Assembly (NCBI GenBank): GCA_012862495.1
Contig: BLSG01000216.1
Location: 230,067-294,066 of the forward strand
From: Thraustochytrium aureum
Lineage: Eukaryota
DNA length: 64,000 nucleotides
Direction: 5' to 3'
Shown: piece after piece, positions 36,305 through 47,535 of the stretch
Position numbering within the stretch: position 1 is the first letter of the stretch
Layout of the letters: each line of letters starts with the position of its first letter
The notes under the pieces: model-generated
Seen by the model: only the letters and a program-made list of their open reading frames with translations
What the model was told of the DNA's origin: nothing
The model's database searches: none
Position numbers and translations under genes: made by a program

Positions 36305-38002
36305 CTACGCAAGAGGCGGCATGCCTCCCGTGTCAGGGTAGATCCGCATACAGTACTCGTGACGCAGCCCTCCGACTTGCAGGCCATTGCCTCCCGCGCA
36401 TGAGCACATGTCGCGACCGGCGTAGCACAGCGAAAGGTCGTCTTTGTGCTCTAGAAACACGAGGGTGGCCGCCGAGGCGAATAACGCGGACAACGCAAAG
36501 TAAACCCAAAACTGGCGTGGACGCGTGTGCCACACCGCAGCGAGAGGGTACCCACGACGAATCTCGATGATCGAAGATATCACGTCGACAGCGAGCTCCG
36601 AGGCTAACTGGCCAGCGGTAAACTTTGCGAGCTGGATCAAGTCGACGCTGTCGTCAAAAGAGTGGTCCAAAAAGGCAAAGTAGTCGAGTGCGAGTTGGAT
36701 GCGCGCCCCAGCGTAGATGACGATAATTAGAGGCGCGAGCACAATCGCGACGTACTCTTGGAGCATCTCGGAGACCAGCAACATCGAGTGAAAGAACTTG
36801 TTGGTGGAGGCCTTCAACTCCTCAGCTGTGGCATCAGCATTCATGAGCGCCTCAACTGTCGACCAGATTGCCACTTTGCGATCCTCCTCGAGAGTGATCC
36901 CGTTCGAGCCGCCAGCAAGGGTGCCTTCTGTATCGCCTCCGCCCGTCCTGCCCCCCGCGCAAGCAACAAGAGATCTCGGTCGAACGATGACAGTTCCACG
37001 GTGGCGCACTCCGCCGCCTTCGGGCTGGATTTTCTGCTGACCACGTCCGCAATGCCTGAGGACTTGGTTTGTCCATCGGCGAATGTACACGTCCCGGTGT
37101 GGCAGCGAAAACCGAAGAGCGAGCTCGAGACAGCTCTGATAGAAGACGACTGCGGAGAGGATATAGCCATTGCCGATTCTGAGGAAGAGGACGCGAACCA
37201 GGAGCGCAGCAGTCGCCTGGGTGTACATGAGAATAGGCCAAACAAGTTCACGACGAACGTTGATACCCGTGCCGCCAATCCTACGTGACACGAGCAAATA
37301 CCTCGCCGAGTGGCGCGAAAGAACGTACCAGGCTTCGCGGACCAGCGGAACCAACACGCAGATGTACGCGAGCTGAGCTGCTGTGTCGGTTATGATCAGA
37401 CTGTTCAAGACCGGGATTATTGCGACTCCGACAAGGACCGTTGCCAAAAGTATGCCAAGCTGGCGCGGTATGCCACTGTCCGCTGGCAAAACCCACTTTC
37501 GAAGCCCGATGTAAAAACAGAAAAACGGGGCCAGGACTGTTGCGGACGTCGTTCTGGCGTGCGGGCTGAGCAGGAGCCTGCTCACGGCAAAGACCAGGTA
37601 ACCAGGAATGCACGAGAGCCACGCGAGCGCGAGTTTGCGTCCCTTGAGATCTGCGTAGCGCGTGATGCAGAACGGGAAGAAACCGTAGAACGGAATATCG
37701 TATGTCCAGTGGAACGACAGCTCAGGTAAGTAGCCCAGCACGCCGTCGAACTTGCCGCTGTCTATGTACACAGTGGCATTGTTGACGAAATCGACTCGCA
37801 TGTAGCCCTCGAAAGGCAAGAACCTGCGCGGGATCCAGAACACGGCGCACGTGGTGACAACGCCAATCAGAGAATACATGGCAAGCGCGAGCACGAGCTT
37901 GGCCGCTTCCATGCTAACTACCGTGTTGTCGCGGAGATCGCTCGACCCTAGCCGCGAGGAGATGGCCAGCTTGGCGCTTTGCAGCGCAGAGCGCGGCTCC
38001 AT
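36305..38002 (-). CDS. Orphan multipass membrane protein (~10-12 TM) with Cys-rich C-terminal tail
   Basis: Intact 565-aa ORF with many hydrophobic helices, a Gly-rich loop, and terminal LCYAGRDMCSCAGG..RHEYC. I do not recognise the family. Confidence 0.75.
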   Translation of the reverse strand: MEPRSALQSAKLAISSRLGSSDLRDNTVVSMEAAKLVLALAMYSLIGVVTTCAVFWIPRRFLPFEGYMRVDFVNNATVYIDSGKFDGVLGYLPELSFHWTYDIPFYGFFPFCITRYADLKGRKLALAWLSCIPGYLVFAVSRLLLSPHARTTSATVLAPFFCFYIGLRKWVLPADSGIPRQLGILLATVLVGVAIIPVLNSLIITDTAAQLAYICVLVPLVREAWYVLSRHSARYLLVSRRIGGTGINVRRELVWPILMYTQATAALLVRVLFLRIGNGYILSAVVFYQSCLELALRFSLPHRDVYIRRWTNQVLRHCGRGQQKIQPEGGGVRHRGTVIVRPRSLVACAGGRTGGGDTEGTLAGGSNGITLEEDRKVAIWSTVEALMNADATAEELKASTNKFFHSMLLVSEMLQEYVAIVLAPLIIVIYAGARIQLALDYFAFLDHSFDDSVDLIQLAKFTAGQLASELAVDVISSIIEIRRGYPLAAVWHTRPRQFWVYFALSALFASAATLVFLEHKDDLSLCYAGRDMCSCAGGNGLQVGGLRHEYCMRIYPDTGGMPPLA

Positions 38003-38860
38003 CCTGCCTTGCCGCGATCCGCTCTACCCGTCCGCGAGCGGCAATCGGGGTCTGCCAATCTGCGCAACGAGCGAACGGACAAATCGTAATTTCTCGTCGC
38101 ACTTGGCAAATGTTCCCTGAGAACGCCAGGAGGTTGCGAAAAGCAGCTCGCCTTTCTCCGGGAGTCAACGCGTCTCCCGGAGTCAGCATGTGGCGCCCCG
38201 TTCCATTAGAAAAAACCTGTTCTGGCGAGGAGCAGCCCGCCGATCGATCGAGGAAAAGACAAACAGACCAACCCAAAGCAGTGCTGGCCAATCCACAGCC
38301 GCCCGCGCCACGGCTTTCGACACCCTAGCCAACCAAACATTCCCTAAGTCGCCAGCCGGTCGACAGCACTCACTCTGTTGTGCAGTTGTGTTCTGTTGTG
38401 CAATCAACATCCATCGATCCAAACAAAAACCATCAACGGATCTGCCTCCACCACTTCACAACACAACGCATGCCTTTTGATCATTTTGATCACGATCAAA
38501 GAAGCAGCACGTTGAGCAAGAACGAAGCGTACGAGGCGCACAGAGAACAAAACGAGCAAAGGGAATCAAAAGAACGACAGTGCCGAGGAATAAAGAACAA
38601 AACGCGCGCGGAACAAAGAGAACAAAAAATGGCGAGGAGCACAGAGAACAAAATAGGAAGCGAAAGGGGCAGAGAGAACAGAGCGAGTTCGACTCCGTTG
38701 GCGAGCGGACGGCGTTGATGGCCGCGGTGGCCCGTGCGTTCGAGAGTGCGCAGGGGCTTGGCTGGAGAGCGGCTGCACTGCGGCTGAGGGACCCGCGGCG
38801 CAAGGGCTGGCCTCGGCTGGTTGGCCTCGTTGGGCGCCGCCTGACACCGTGCGTGGCCAG

Positions 38861-40333
38861 GCGGACGGGATGGTGGTGCACTTCGGACTGTNNNNNNNNN
38901 NNNNNNNNNNNNNNNNNNNNNNNNNNNNNNNNNNNNNNNNNNNNNNNNNNNNNNNNNNNNNNNNNNNNNNNNNNNNNNNNNNNNNNNNNNNNNNNNNNNN
39001 NNNNNNNNNNNNNNNNNNNNNNNNNNNNNNNNNNNNNNNNNNNNNNNNNNNNNNNNNNNNNNNNNNNNNNNNNNNNNNNNNNNNNNNNNNNNNNNNNNNN
39101 NNNNNNNNNNNNNNNNNNNNNNNNNNNNNNNNNNNNNNNNNNNNNNNNNNNNNNNNNNNNNNNNNNNNNNNNNNNNNNNNNNNNNNNNNNNNNNNNNNNN
39201 NNNNNNNNNNNNNNNNNNNNNNNNNNNNNNNNNNNNNNNNNNNNNNNNNNNNNNNNNNNNNNNNNNNNNNNNNNNNNNNNNNNNNNNNNNNNNNNNNNNN
39301 NNNNNNNNNNNNNNNNNNNNNNNNNNNNNNNNNNNNNNNNNNNNNNNNNNNNNNNNNNNNNNNNNNNNNNNNNNNNNNNNNNNNNNNNNNNNNNNNNNNN
39401 NNNNNNNNNNNNNNNNNNNNNNNNNNNNNNNNNNNNNNNNNNNNNNNNNNNNNNNNNNNNNNNNNNNNNNNNNNNNNNNCGGGCTCGTGGTGGCACCGCG
39501 ATGGGGGTTCCGGCGACAGTTCTGGCGAAAGGGACGGGTCGAGAGCCGTCCGCTTGGCGCTGCTTGTATTGCGCGCCGCCGTTGCTGGCGCCGGGTTGGT
39601 CTTCAGCGGGCTCGTTCAAGTTGTTTGCGGGCTTCGGCTGTGGGTCGGCCAGGGCGACGTCGAGCAGCAGGCAGCTGCGCTGGAGATGGAGATTGACTCG
39701 CTTGAGGAGCTGCACCGGGAACTGTTTCTGGACGTGGCCGAAATGCACACAAATCGCGCACGGCTGCTCTTCTCGAAAACGGCGCGCGGGTACCTCTTCT
39801 TTTTCGTGGGCTACTTTATGTCTCTCTACTGCGTCTACAAGGTGGGCATGACGACGATCAACATCGTGTTGCGGCGCGACCCGACCAAGGACCCGATTAC
39901 GAGGGGTTTTGAGATTTTCTTCATGCTGTTCAATGTGCAGCTGGACGTCCAGTTTTGGTCGCAGCTGATTTCACTCGTCATGGTTGGCGTTCTCGTGTTC
40001 GCCTCCGTGCGCGGGTTCCTGATCACGATTGCCAAAATCTTTCATCAGATCTCCACGTCGATATCGTCGATTAGCGTCGTGCTCCTGTTGCAGCAGGTGA
40101 TGGGCATGTACTTTATCTCGTTCACGCTGCTGATGCGGATGAACTTGCCGGTCGAGTACCGCCAGGTCGTCACTAACGTGCTCGGTGGAGACATCCAGTT
40201 TAGCTTTTACCATCGCGCGTTCGACAGAATCTTTTTGACGAGTGCGGCCTGCACAGCGGTCGTGAATTCGGTGCTCCATCGGCAAAAGGAGGCTCGGACT
40301 CGGATGCACAGCTTCGAGGACAAGCTCGCCTGA
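38861..40333 (+). CDS. GPR89: Golgi pH regulator / GPCR-type G protein (GPR89/GTG family); middle hidden by gap 38892-39479, 5' structure uncertain
   Basis: EIDSLEELHRELFL...FSKTARG...GYFMSLYCVYK...DPITRG...FWSQLISL...SVRGFL...MGMYFIS..LLMRMNLP.EYR...FYHRAFDRIFLTSA. A putative acceptor (CTGAC...CAG) precedes 38861. Confidence 0.9.
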   Translation, partial: ADGMVVHFGLXXXXXXXXXXXXXXXXXXXXXXXXXXXXXXXXXXXXXXXXXXXXXXXXXXXXXXXXXXXXXXXXXXXXXXXXXXXXXXXXXXXXXXXXXXXXXXXXXXXXXXXXXXXXXXXXXXXXXXXXXXXXXXXXXXXXXXXXXXXXXXXXXXXXXXXXXXXXXXXXXXXXXXXXXXXXXXXXXXXXXXXXXXXXXXXXXXXXXGSWWHRDGGSGDSSGERDGSRAVRLALLVLRAAVAGAGLVFSGLVQVVCGLRLWVGQGDVEQQAAALEMEIDSLEELHRELFLDVAEMHTNRARLLFSKTARGYLFFFVGYFMSLYCVYKVGMTTINIVLRRDPTKDPITRGFEIFFMLFNVQLDVQFWSQLISLVMVGVLVFASVRGFLITIAKIFHQISTSISSISVVLLLQQVMGMYFISFTLLMRMNLPVEYRQVVTNVLGGDIQFSFYHRAFDRIFLTSAACTAVVNSVLHRQKEARTRMHSFEDKLA

Positions 40334-40653
40334 CAAGCATGGCTACAGCGACCTTGTAGAGACACCTTTGCAGAAATTGCCGAGTGGCGGGCTGGGGAGG
40401 GTGCGTCGCGTTCATCGTATAGATTGCAGGCTTTTGCAAGTGTAGGCCGCGTTTGCTTTGAGGCGGCAAGGCAGTAAGCGTGTCGAGTTGGTGCATTTTT
40501 CACTTGTCTAATTGTGTCTTTTGTCTTCGTCCTTCTCTTCCGGAGACAAACGACTCCCCTTCTTGCGCTGTCGGCCGAGTGCACTGGCTCGAAGGCAGCA
40601 CCCGCCCCGCAACAGTTCGCTCCATCATCGCACGGCTTGCTTGCAGACCTGGC

Positions 40654-42839
40654 TCACCTAATCCACGTGCAAGTTGGTAAAGATCTTGCGCACAAGAGGC
40701 GAGCCGCCGTCGTGCCGATCGTGCCGCACATGAGGCCCAACGCCAAGCAAAAGATGCCCATGTAGGAAAAGTAGTAGACGGTTTGAAGGAATCCCTGCAT
40801 GTGCGTCTTGAAGTAGTAGTAGTAGACGCTGTAGAGGAACACGTAGACCGAGGTGGAGCCCGAGGCGAGGAACGATATCCATGGCCACCGGTAGTCCTCT
40901 GCGTTGAGGAGGAAGTAGACGGCCACGATGGAGACGCACGCAGTCACGATGATGAGGATGATGACCACCAGCAACATGAACCCGTAAACGTAGTAAAACC
41001 TATGGTGCGCAAGCCACGCGGGTCAGCGATCATCGACCAAGCAACCAAGACGCACAGGCGCGCCCGAGCAAGGGCCAGCATGGAAAAGGCAACGACACGG
41101 CAAAGGCAAGCCCGGCGAGAGCAACGCGCGGCAAAGGCAAGCCCGGCGAGAGCAACGACACGGCAAAGGCAAGCCCGGCGAGAGCAACTCACTTGTAGTT
41201 CCAAAACGAGGTGAAGACAAAGTACATCTCGATGAAAATGCTGCCGAACGGGAGCCAGCCCGTGAGCGCCACGATCGTGAACGGGTGCGAATACCACCGG
41301 TGCTCTGGAATCTGGCGCGGCAGCGCGTTGACTCGGCACGGAAACTTGGCCGAGCCGCTCATGTTGCGGCCCATGATCGTGCCACCGACCGTTAGGGGGA
41401 GGGCGACAATGCTCCAGATGAATACAATCCAGACCATGGTTCCGAAAGGCACCACGGAAATCGTGTTGTAATAGAGCGAGACTGCATTGAGCCCGATCGC
41501 CATGACGAGGCACACCCCTGGGAGGAGGAGTGCCGTGGTGAGCATGCATTGGATCCAGTGAGGGCCCTTCTTGGGAAAGTAGTACTGCTGGTACAGCGCC
41601 CCAGACGCAAAGCCCGCAATTGCAGAGGTGAGCGCGTACGAGACGAGGCAGGCCGAGATGAGCGCGCCCCGGTCCACGTAGAGCGAGTTGACGATGGCGA
41701 GCAAGGTGACCGCAAATAGCAGGAATACAAGCTGCATGCCGGTTCCATAGCAGGCCGCATAAAAGGTGATGTGCGAGGGGATCCGGAAGACATCCCCGTG
41801 GACCTGCTTCCAGCCCGAGTCGTCGCCAAAGTCGCGGTCCAAGCCGTCGACCTCCATGTCGCTATCGCTGTACTTGGCATAGTCGTTCTTGAGCGTCCGC
41901 ATGAGGATCAGCGCAACGAGGCCGCACAAGAAGACGACCATCATGAACGAGTTGAAGATGGAGAACCAGTGGATCTGGTGCTCGAAGAACGAGTAGTCCA
42001 GGTACCGGTTGAAGCGGTCCTCGAAGGCCTTGTCAACGGCGACCCACTTGACCGAGTAGCTGAACTCGAGGTGGGCGCCCGGCTCGACGTCGCGCGGCTC
42101 TTCGGCGGTGAGGTTGACTTCGATGATGCGGTTGCCGTTGAACCCGATTGAGAAGGCCTTGTGCGTGTAGATGTACGAGTCCATGATGGCGTGCTCGTGG
42201 ACAGTGTCCTCCTCCAATCTGGCGAGCTCCTCCTCCGTTCCGACGATCTGGCCAACCATGCCCCAGATCGGGAGGTCGTCGACGTAGAGCTGGTACCAGT
42301 AGTGCTGGCTCACGGCGTACTTGAATGTGATGGCGTCCTTTTCAGTCAGGGTCTGCTCGCACAGCACTGTTTTTGGGACGTCGATCTTAAAGTTCATCGT
42401 CATTGCGGACTGGACCAAGTCGTTGCCTTCAAGGATCTCGCCCACGCCAGCGTATTTCTTTTTCGTGTGAAACCCGCCCTCGGGCACGCAGAACGGCAGC
42501 GAGTAGTACGTGTACGTTTCCTGCCGCGACCTCCCACGTCAGCAACGCGAGCCTCACCCCCTCTCAGCCCCCCCCCACAAAAAAAGAACAAAAACCAACA
42601 AAAACCAACGCGCTCCGAGCCGAACGCGCCTGACTGCCAGCCTGCCAACCCAACGCCGAAACCGACGCGCGCCCCCACCTCTGCAACCAACTCACACTCG
42701 GATTGTGGTACGGCCCGGTCCTCGACAGCCAGAGCACGACATGCTCCTCGTCGTCATACTTGTGCGTCTCCTCGTCCGCGCGTCCTGAGGCCGCCATCAC
42801 GGCGGCCACCATCGCCCCAACAGCCACCCAAGACCTCAT
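40654..42839 (-). CDS. TM9SF3: Transmembrane 9 superfamily member 3-like (nonaspanin); exons 42696-42839, 41193-42520 and 40654-40999
   Basis: Signal peptide, [83 protein letters not shown], and the ..KIFTNLHVD terminus. Two GT-AG introns restore the frame. Confidence 0.95.
41000..41192 (-). other. TM9SF3 intron 2 (193 bp)
   Basis: AA|GTGAGT ... CCATAG|G; splicing gives WNYK-FYYVYGF. Confidence 0.9.
41089..41188. repeat. 31-32-bp minisatellite, ~3.2 copies, inside TM9SF3 intron 2
   Basis: gcaacgacacggcaaaggcaagcccggcgaga at 41089, 41121 (variant) and 41152. Confidence 0.9.
42521..42695 (-). other. TM9SF3 intron 1 (175 bp)
   Basis: AGT|GTGAGT ... GGCAG|GAA; phase 0. Confidence 0.9.
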
Positions 42840-43270
42840 CTTCCCTCGCCGATATCGCAGAGCACGGGCCGACCAGTCCACGTCCGCAGTCACCGCCGTT
42901 AGGCCGCTTCGTCCGCGCCAAAACGAGCCCAGTCGACCAAGGCTTGCACCCTTCGCGCGCGAAAAAAAGCCTTCGTTTCCACGACCGCGCGCGCGTACGC
43001 TCTGCAGCCCCAGCAGCGCCGTGCCAGCAGCGCCGCCCCGCTCTACGGCGCCTCGCGTCAGCTCCGAGGCCGGTCTGCCTGCCCTGTTGCCGTCCTGCCT
43101 GCCTGCGCGCGGCTCTGCCCGTGCTCCTGCGCAGCCGGCCACTGGCACTTTGATCGCTTTGTTCATCCCACCCACTCGACAGCATCGACGAGACATTGGA
43201 CCTCCCGAGGGGTTTGGGTTTGGTGTGGATGTCCGATGGACGCGCGACGGCTGCGGGGCGTCCGGGGACC

Positions 43271-43725
43271 CGGAGCTGCTCGCGCTGGGCAGGGCCTAAG
43301 GCGACTGGGGGACGATGCCGCAGAGCCGTGCGCTGGCGGCCCTATCGCGGACCTGCCGAGGAAGGCGTGACGCATGATTTATCGCCTGGTTGACGCGAGA
43401 CAGCCAACTTCCAAGGGACACGGAGCTGCTCGCGCTGGGCAGGGCCTAAGGCGACTGGGGGACGATGCCGCAGACCATTGCGTGGGCGGCCCTATCGCGG
43501 ACATGCCGAGGAGGGCGTGACGCATGATTTATCGCCTGTTTGACGCGAGACAGCCAACTTCCGAGGGACACGGAGCTGCTCGCGCTGGGCAGGGCCTAAG
43601 GCGACTGGGGGACGATGCCGCAGACCATTGCGTGGGCGAACCTGCCGAGGCGAAATGTGGTGCCACCTGACCGATGGAGGACGCGAGACAACCGCACTGA
43701 GAGCCGGGCCTGTTCGCGCTGGGCG
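43271..43725. repeat. 150-bp tandem repeat (2 full copies, 1 partial copy and a degenerate tail)
   Basis: cggagctgctcgcgctgggcagggcctaaggcgactgggggacgatgccgcaga starts at 43271, 43421 and 43571. Degenerate echoes (acgcgagaca, tcgcgctgggc) occur at 43681-43724. Confidence 0.95.
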
Positions 43726-43805
43726 GCACCTTCTTCAGCGCCTCGAGGGAGACCAGCTGCGGCCTTGACACGGCCGTTGCATGGCAAGCACAGCACTGCG
43801 CCGCC

Positions 43806-45598
43806 ATGCCGTGGAAGATCGAAGTGGACGCAGCGCAGCAAGCGCAGTTCAAAGCCGTGCACGTCTCCGAATCCGACGGCGCTCGAATCGGTAACGAAAA
43901 AAAAGATGATAAGAAAAAGTCGGAGCCGAGCGGTGGTCGCGCAGTGCAGAGTGGAGTGCGGGCAGCTGCTGCGGGAGGCGGCGCGCAGGGCAGACTGGCA
44001 AAAGTGGCGCTTGCTCGCGCTGTCGCGATTCGAGCAGTGGCGTGCCCGGTTCGGGCTGGCTGGTGGTCGACTCGTCGGGAGTTTACTGGGGCGACCCGAC
44101 CGACTGCGTCATGCCCGTCGAGCTCGTGCGGCTCCAACAACGCGCCGTGGCAAGGGCCAGGCACGGACTGCAGGCAGTGGATGCGACGGTCAAGGTCGTC
44201 AAGGTGAATCCGGCGGCTGTTGGCCTGCGATGCGAGGCGGAGGCCAGCGCACGCAAAGCGGGCGCAGGACAAAGGGAGCTCCTTGGGGGGGCAGCAAGCG
44301 GCCTTCACCGGGGCGGCGCCGCGGACGGTGGCGGCGGGTCTGAAGCGCCGGGGTTTGACGATGTGGCCAAAGAGACGGAGCGGCGCAAGGAGGAGATCCT
44401 ACGTGCTGCAGGCCGAAGAAACGCCACAGACAGAGAGCTCCGGTATGCCGCAGACGACGTGGCAGATCGCAGCAAAGTACGTCGGCGCCGTGAACAAGCA
44501 GGGCAAGCCCCACGGGAGGGGCACGCTTTTCTGGCGAAACGGAGCCAGATACGACGGGCAATTCAACAACGATTCGCTGACCGGGTTTGGGGTTTACCAG
44601 TGGCCACAAACAGCAGGGCGCAAGCGGTACTGTGGGGAGTGGGCGAACGGAAAGGCCGAGGGATTTGGGACACTGACGTCGTCGTCCGGCGGGGGGGACG
44701 ATGGGCTGCCCCGGTCGTTCACGGAGTACTCCGGCCTGTGGCGGGACGGCCTCATGCACGGGGCTGGCAAACTGCAGATGGAGACTGGCGACCAATACGA
44801 AGGCAACTGGGCGTACAACTGCAAGCACGGGTACGGGGTGTATCGGTGGAAGAACGGGGACAGGTATGAAGGGACGTTTCAAAACAACCAGATGCACGGG
44901 CGCGGTGTGCTTAGCTGGGCGAACGGGCGCTCGCTGGAGTTTACAATGAACGAGCACGTTCCAGAGGAGTGCTGGACGCTCAGCTCGTGGCTTTGGTCAG
45001 CCTTCCTCGGCTTCAGCGCGCTGTATTTGGTGCAGGTCCTTGTCCGTCTTGAGTTTGAGGAGCAGGGCCTCAGCAACCCGCAGGCCGGGCTCGAGCCCCC
45101 ACCAGTCTTTTCGGTCAGGTATTTGCTCACCTTTTGCTTCGCGGGTCTATCGCTTCCCATGCTGATCGTGAGCAGCGTTTGCTCGATGATTNNNNNNNNN
45201 NNNNNNNNNNNNNNNNNNNNNNNNNNNNNNNNNNNNNNNNNNNNNNNNNNNNNNNNNNNNNNNNNNNNNNNNNNNNNNNNNNNNNNNNNNNNNNNNNNNN
45301 NNNNNNNNNNNNNNNNNNNNNNNNNNNNNNNNNNNNNNNNNNNNNNNNNNNNNNNNNNNNNNNNNNNNNNNNNNNNNNNNNNNNNNNNNNNNNNNNNNNN
45401 NTGTTGCTGCAGTCATCGCTTCGCGAGATGTTTGCCAACATCATTTTCAATGTTGCGAGTTGGTATTGCCACGTCAACCAGATTCGCACCGTTGAAGATC
45501 GCACGTGTTGGCGTCAAGGCATGGTGCTCGGAGGCGGCGCTGTCGTGGTCTCTTCCTGCCTGCATCTCGTGGTTTATGTGGTCTTCATGAGGTTTTGA
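43806..45598 (+). CDS. MORN-repeat protein with C-terminal hydrophobic/TM region (probable frame breaks ~44041 and ~44411; gap 45192-45401; 5' part tentative)
   Basis: MORN repeats YVGAVNKQGKPHGRG, YDGQFNNDSLTGFG, YCGEWANGKAEGFG, YSGLWRDGLMHGAG, YEGNWAYNCKHGYG and YEGTFQNNQMHGRG, followed by hydrophobic helices; stop at 45598. Confidence 0.8.
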
Positions 45599-45732
45599 AC
45601 TCGTCCAAGTGGCAGGTGACGACGAGCGATTTGTTGCAAGTGTAGGTACTCGTTGGAAGTGCTTTTTTGAATCTATCTCCTTTGTTTTTTTTGGTGCAGT
45701 TGAACCTCACCGTCCTCGAGGCGCGCGGGCCA

Positions 45733-45990
45733 CCAGCTTGTGTTGATAATCCGGAACAGCGCAAAGCACCGCGCGTGGGTCTGCAGATGGCAGAGCACAG
45801 AAGTTTGGCAGCACTGAGCACTCAGAACGGTGCTCGAGTTATAAGAAAAAGTCAGGGTTTCCATTTTTGAAATCAGGGCACGAATACTGTACTAGTAGCG
45901 CAAACCTTTCGTCCGCTAGCCCGCCAGCCTGCTTGATAATCCGTAGCAGCGCAAAGCACCGCGCGTGGGTCTGCAGATGGCAGAGCACAG
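45733..45990. repeat. Dispersed ~60-67-bp direct repeat, period 190 bp
   Basis: ttgataatccg.a.cagcgcaaagcaccgcgcgtgggtctgcagatggcagagcacag at 45743-45800 and 45933-45990. Confidence 0.9.
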
Positions 45991-46276
45991 GTTGGGTGGG
46001 CCAGCAGACCGACCGACCACGCATCAAGCAAACGAGCAAACGCAGGCAGCAAGTTTCGCTCTCATGCCCGCTGGTCATGCACATAGAGCTAGCTCCTGGG
46101 GCTTCCGAGCCCGCGCCGCGCCGCGGAACCTGTCATGGGACCATGGAGTAACGAGTCGTGGCTCCAGGAACATCCAGCCTCCCGCAGATGGCGGCCCGCG
46201 TAAGCGGCCATTCCAGCACAGGCAGGCCTTGGGCAGAGCCACAGCACAGTTCTGGTCCTGCGAGCATTACCCGGAG

Positions 46277-47495
46277 CTAGTTCGAGGGGTCAGAGCTGCT
46301 GTCCGACCGACTTCCTTCATCATTCTCGTCCCCCTTGGACGAGGGAACGCCGAAGTTGGTCGCCGGCACAGAGCCAGGCTCGACGTCCTGCGTGCCACGC
46401 GGTGAATCTCGCCCCGTGGTGGCGCAGCTCGTTGCAGTTGCAATTGGTGACGAGGAGGAAGGCAGCGAAGGCGGGGCTGGCAGTGGCCCGGCGGGAGCTG
46501 CGGCGGTGTCCGAAGTTGAATCCGCTTTGTCCTCGCTGTCTTGCGTATCGCGTTTCAGATCATGGGTTGTGTCCTCAACGACTGCGCTCGCTTCCTCGTC
46601 GCTGGAGTTTGCCTCAGGCTCTGAGGTCGTGCTGACGACAGAAACACCGAGCTTGCCGGGTGGGGCCCCTTGCCCTGCGCAGCGAGCACGGCGGCAGTGA
46701 CAGGTGTCTTCGGTAGGTCCTTGTGCTTTTTCACCTGGCGACGTCGCTTCCTAATCTCAAAGTGCTCGATGTCACCGGGCTCCTCGATGAGGGCCCAGAT
46801 GATGCGGCGGCGCTCTTTATGGTCTGGGAAGTTTAACTCCGGGTACGATTCGCCAAAATACTCTATCGCTTTGATGTCAACGGCGAGCGCGGCGCGTAAC
46901 TCGGTGGGAAAGGTACCAAGGTGCTCGCTTTTGCCCGCCTTCCAGATGCGCGCCGTCCAAGACTTGTCCCTCCGGTGCCAGGAAACGCCGCGGTACTTTG
47001 ACTTTTGAACTTTGGCCTCGGCTGAGCTCGTGCTTAGCGCACGCTTGCCCTGGGCCGCTCTGCCAGTCGCGCCCTCCTCGTGATCTTGCGGCTGGCCTTG
47101 GCCTGTTGCCCCTTGGCTACCTGCCGAGCGCGCTTGCGATGTGCTGAGCGCGGAGCTCGACCTAGGGATGCCCTGAAACTGGCCCATCGATACGAGGCTG
47201 GAGGCGCCCAACCCAGGTGATGGGAGCCCGACTGCCGCTAGCCCTGCTGCGCCTCCATAGCGGAGAGCGACGTCCCCGCGCTGTTGGTGCGCAAAGTGCA
47301 TGCTTCCGAGGAAGCCGCCTGCCGCTTCCCCTGCGGCGGATTGACCGAGGATGATGTTGGCGCCTGCAACACCGCCCGCTCCGATCCCCGACGACCCTCT
47401 GCTGGACTGGCGCAGACCGAGCTGTTGGGCACCGTCAGCACCAGAGCCCACGCCGAGCTGGGCTTGTTGCTGAAGCAGCTGCTGGCGATACAAGA

Positions 47496-47535
<40 letters not shown>

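Noticed and set aside
43271..43725. CRISPR array
   Set aside because: Whole 150-bp units are repeated with no unique spacers, there are no cas genes, and the context is eukaryotic.
45840..45880. Sm-site-like ATTTTTG as an snRNA gene
   Set aside because: I recognise no conserved U1/U2/U4/U5 sequence elements nearby.
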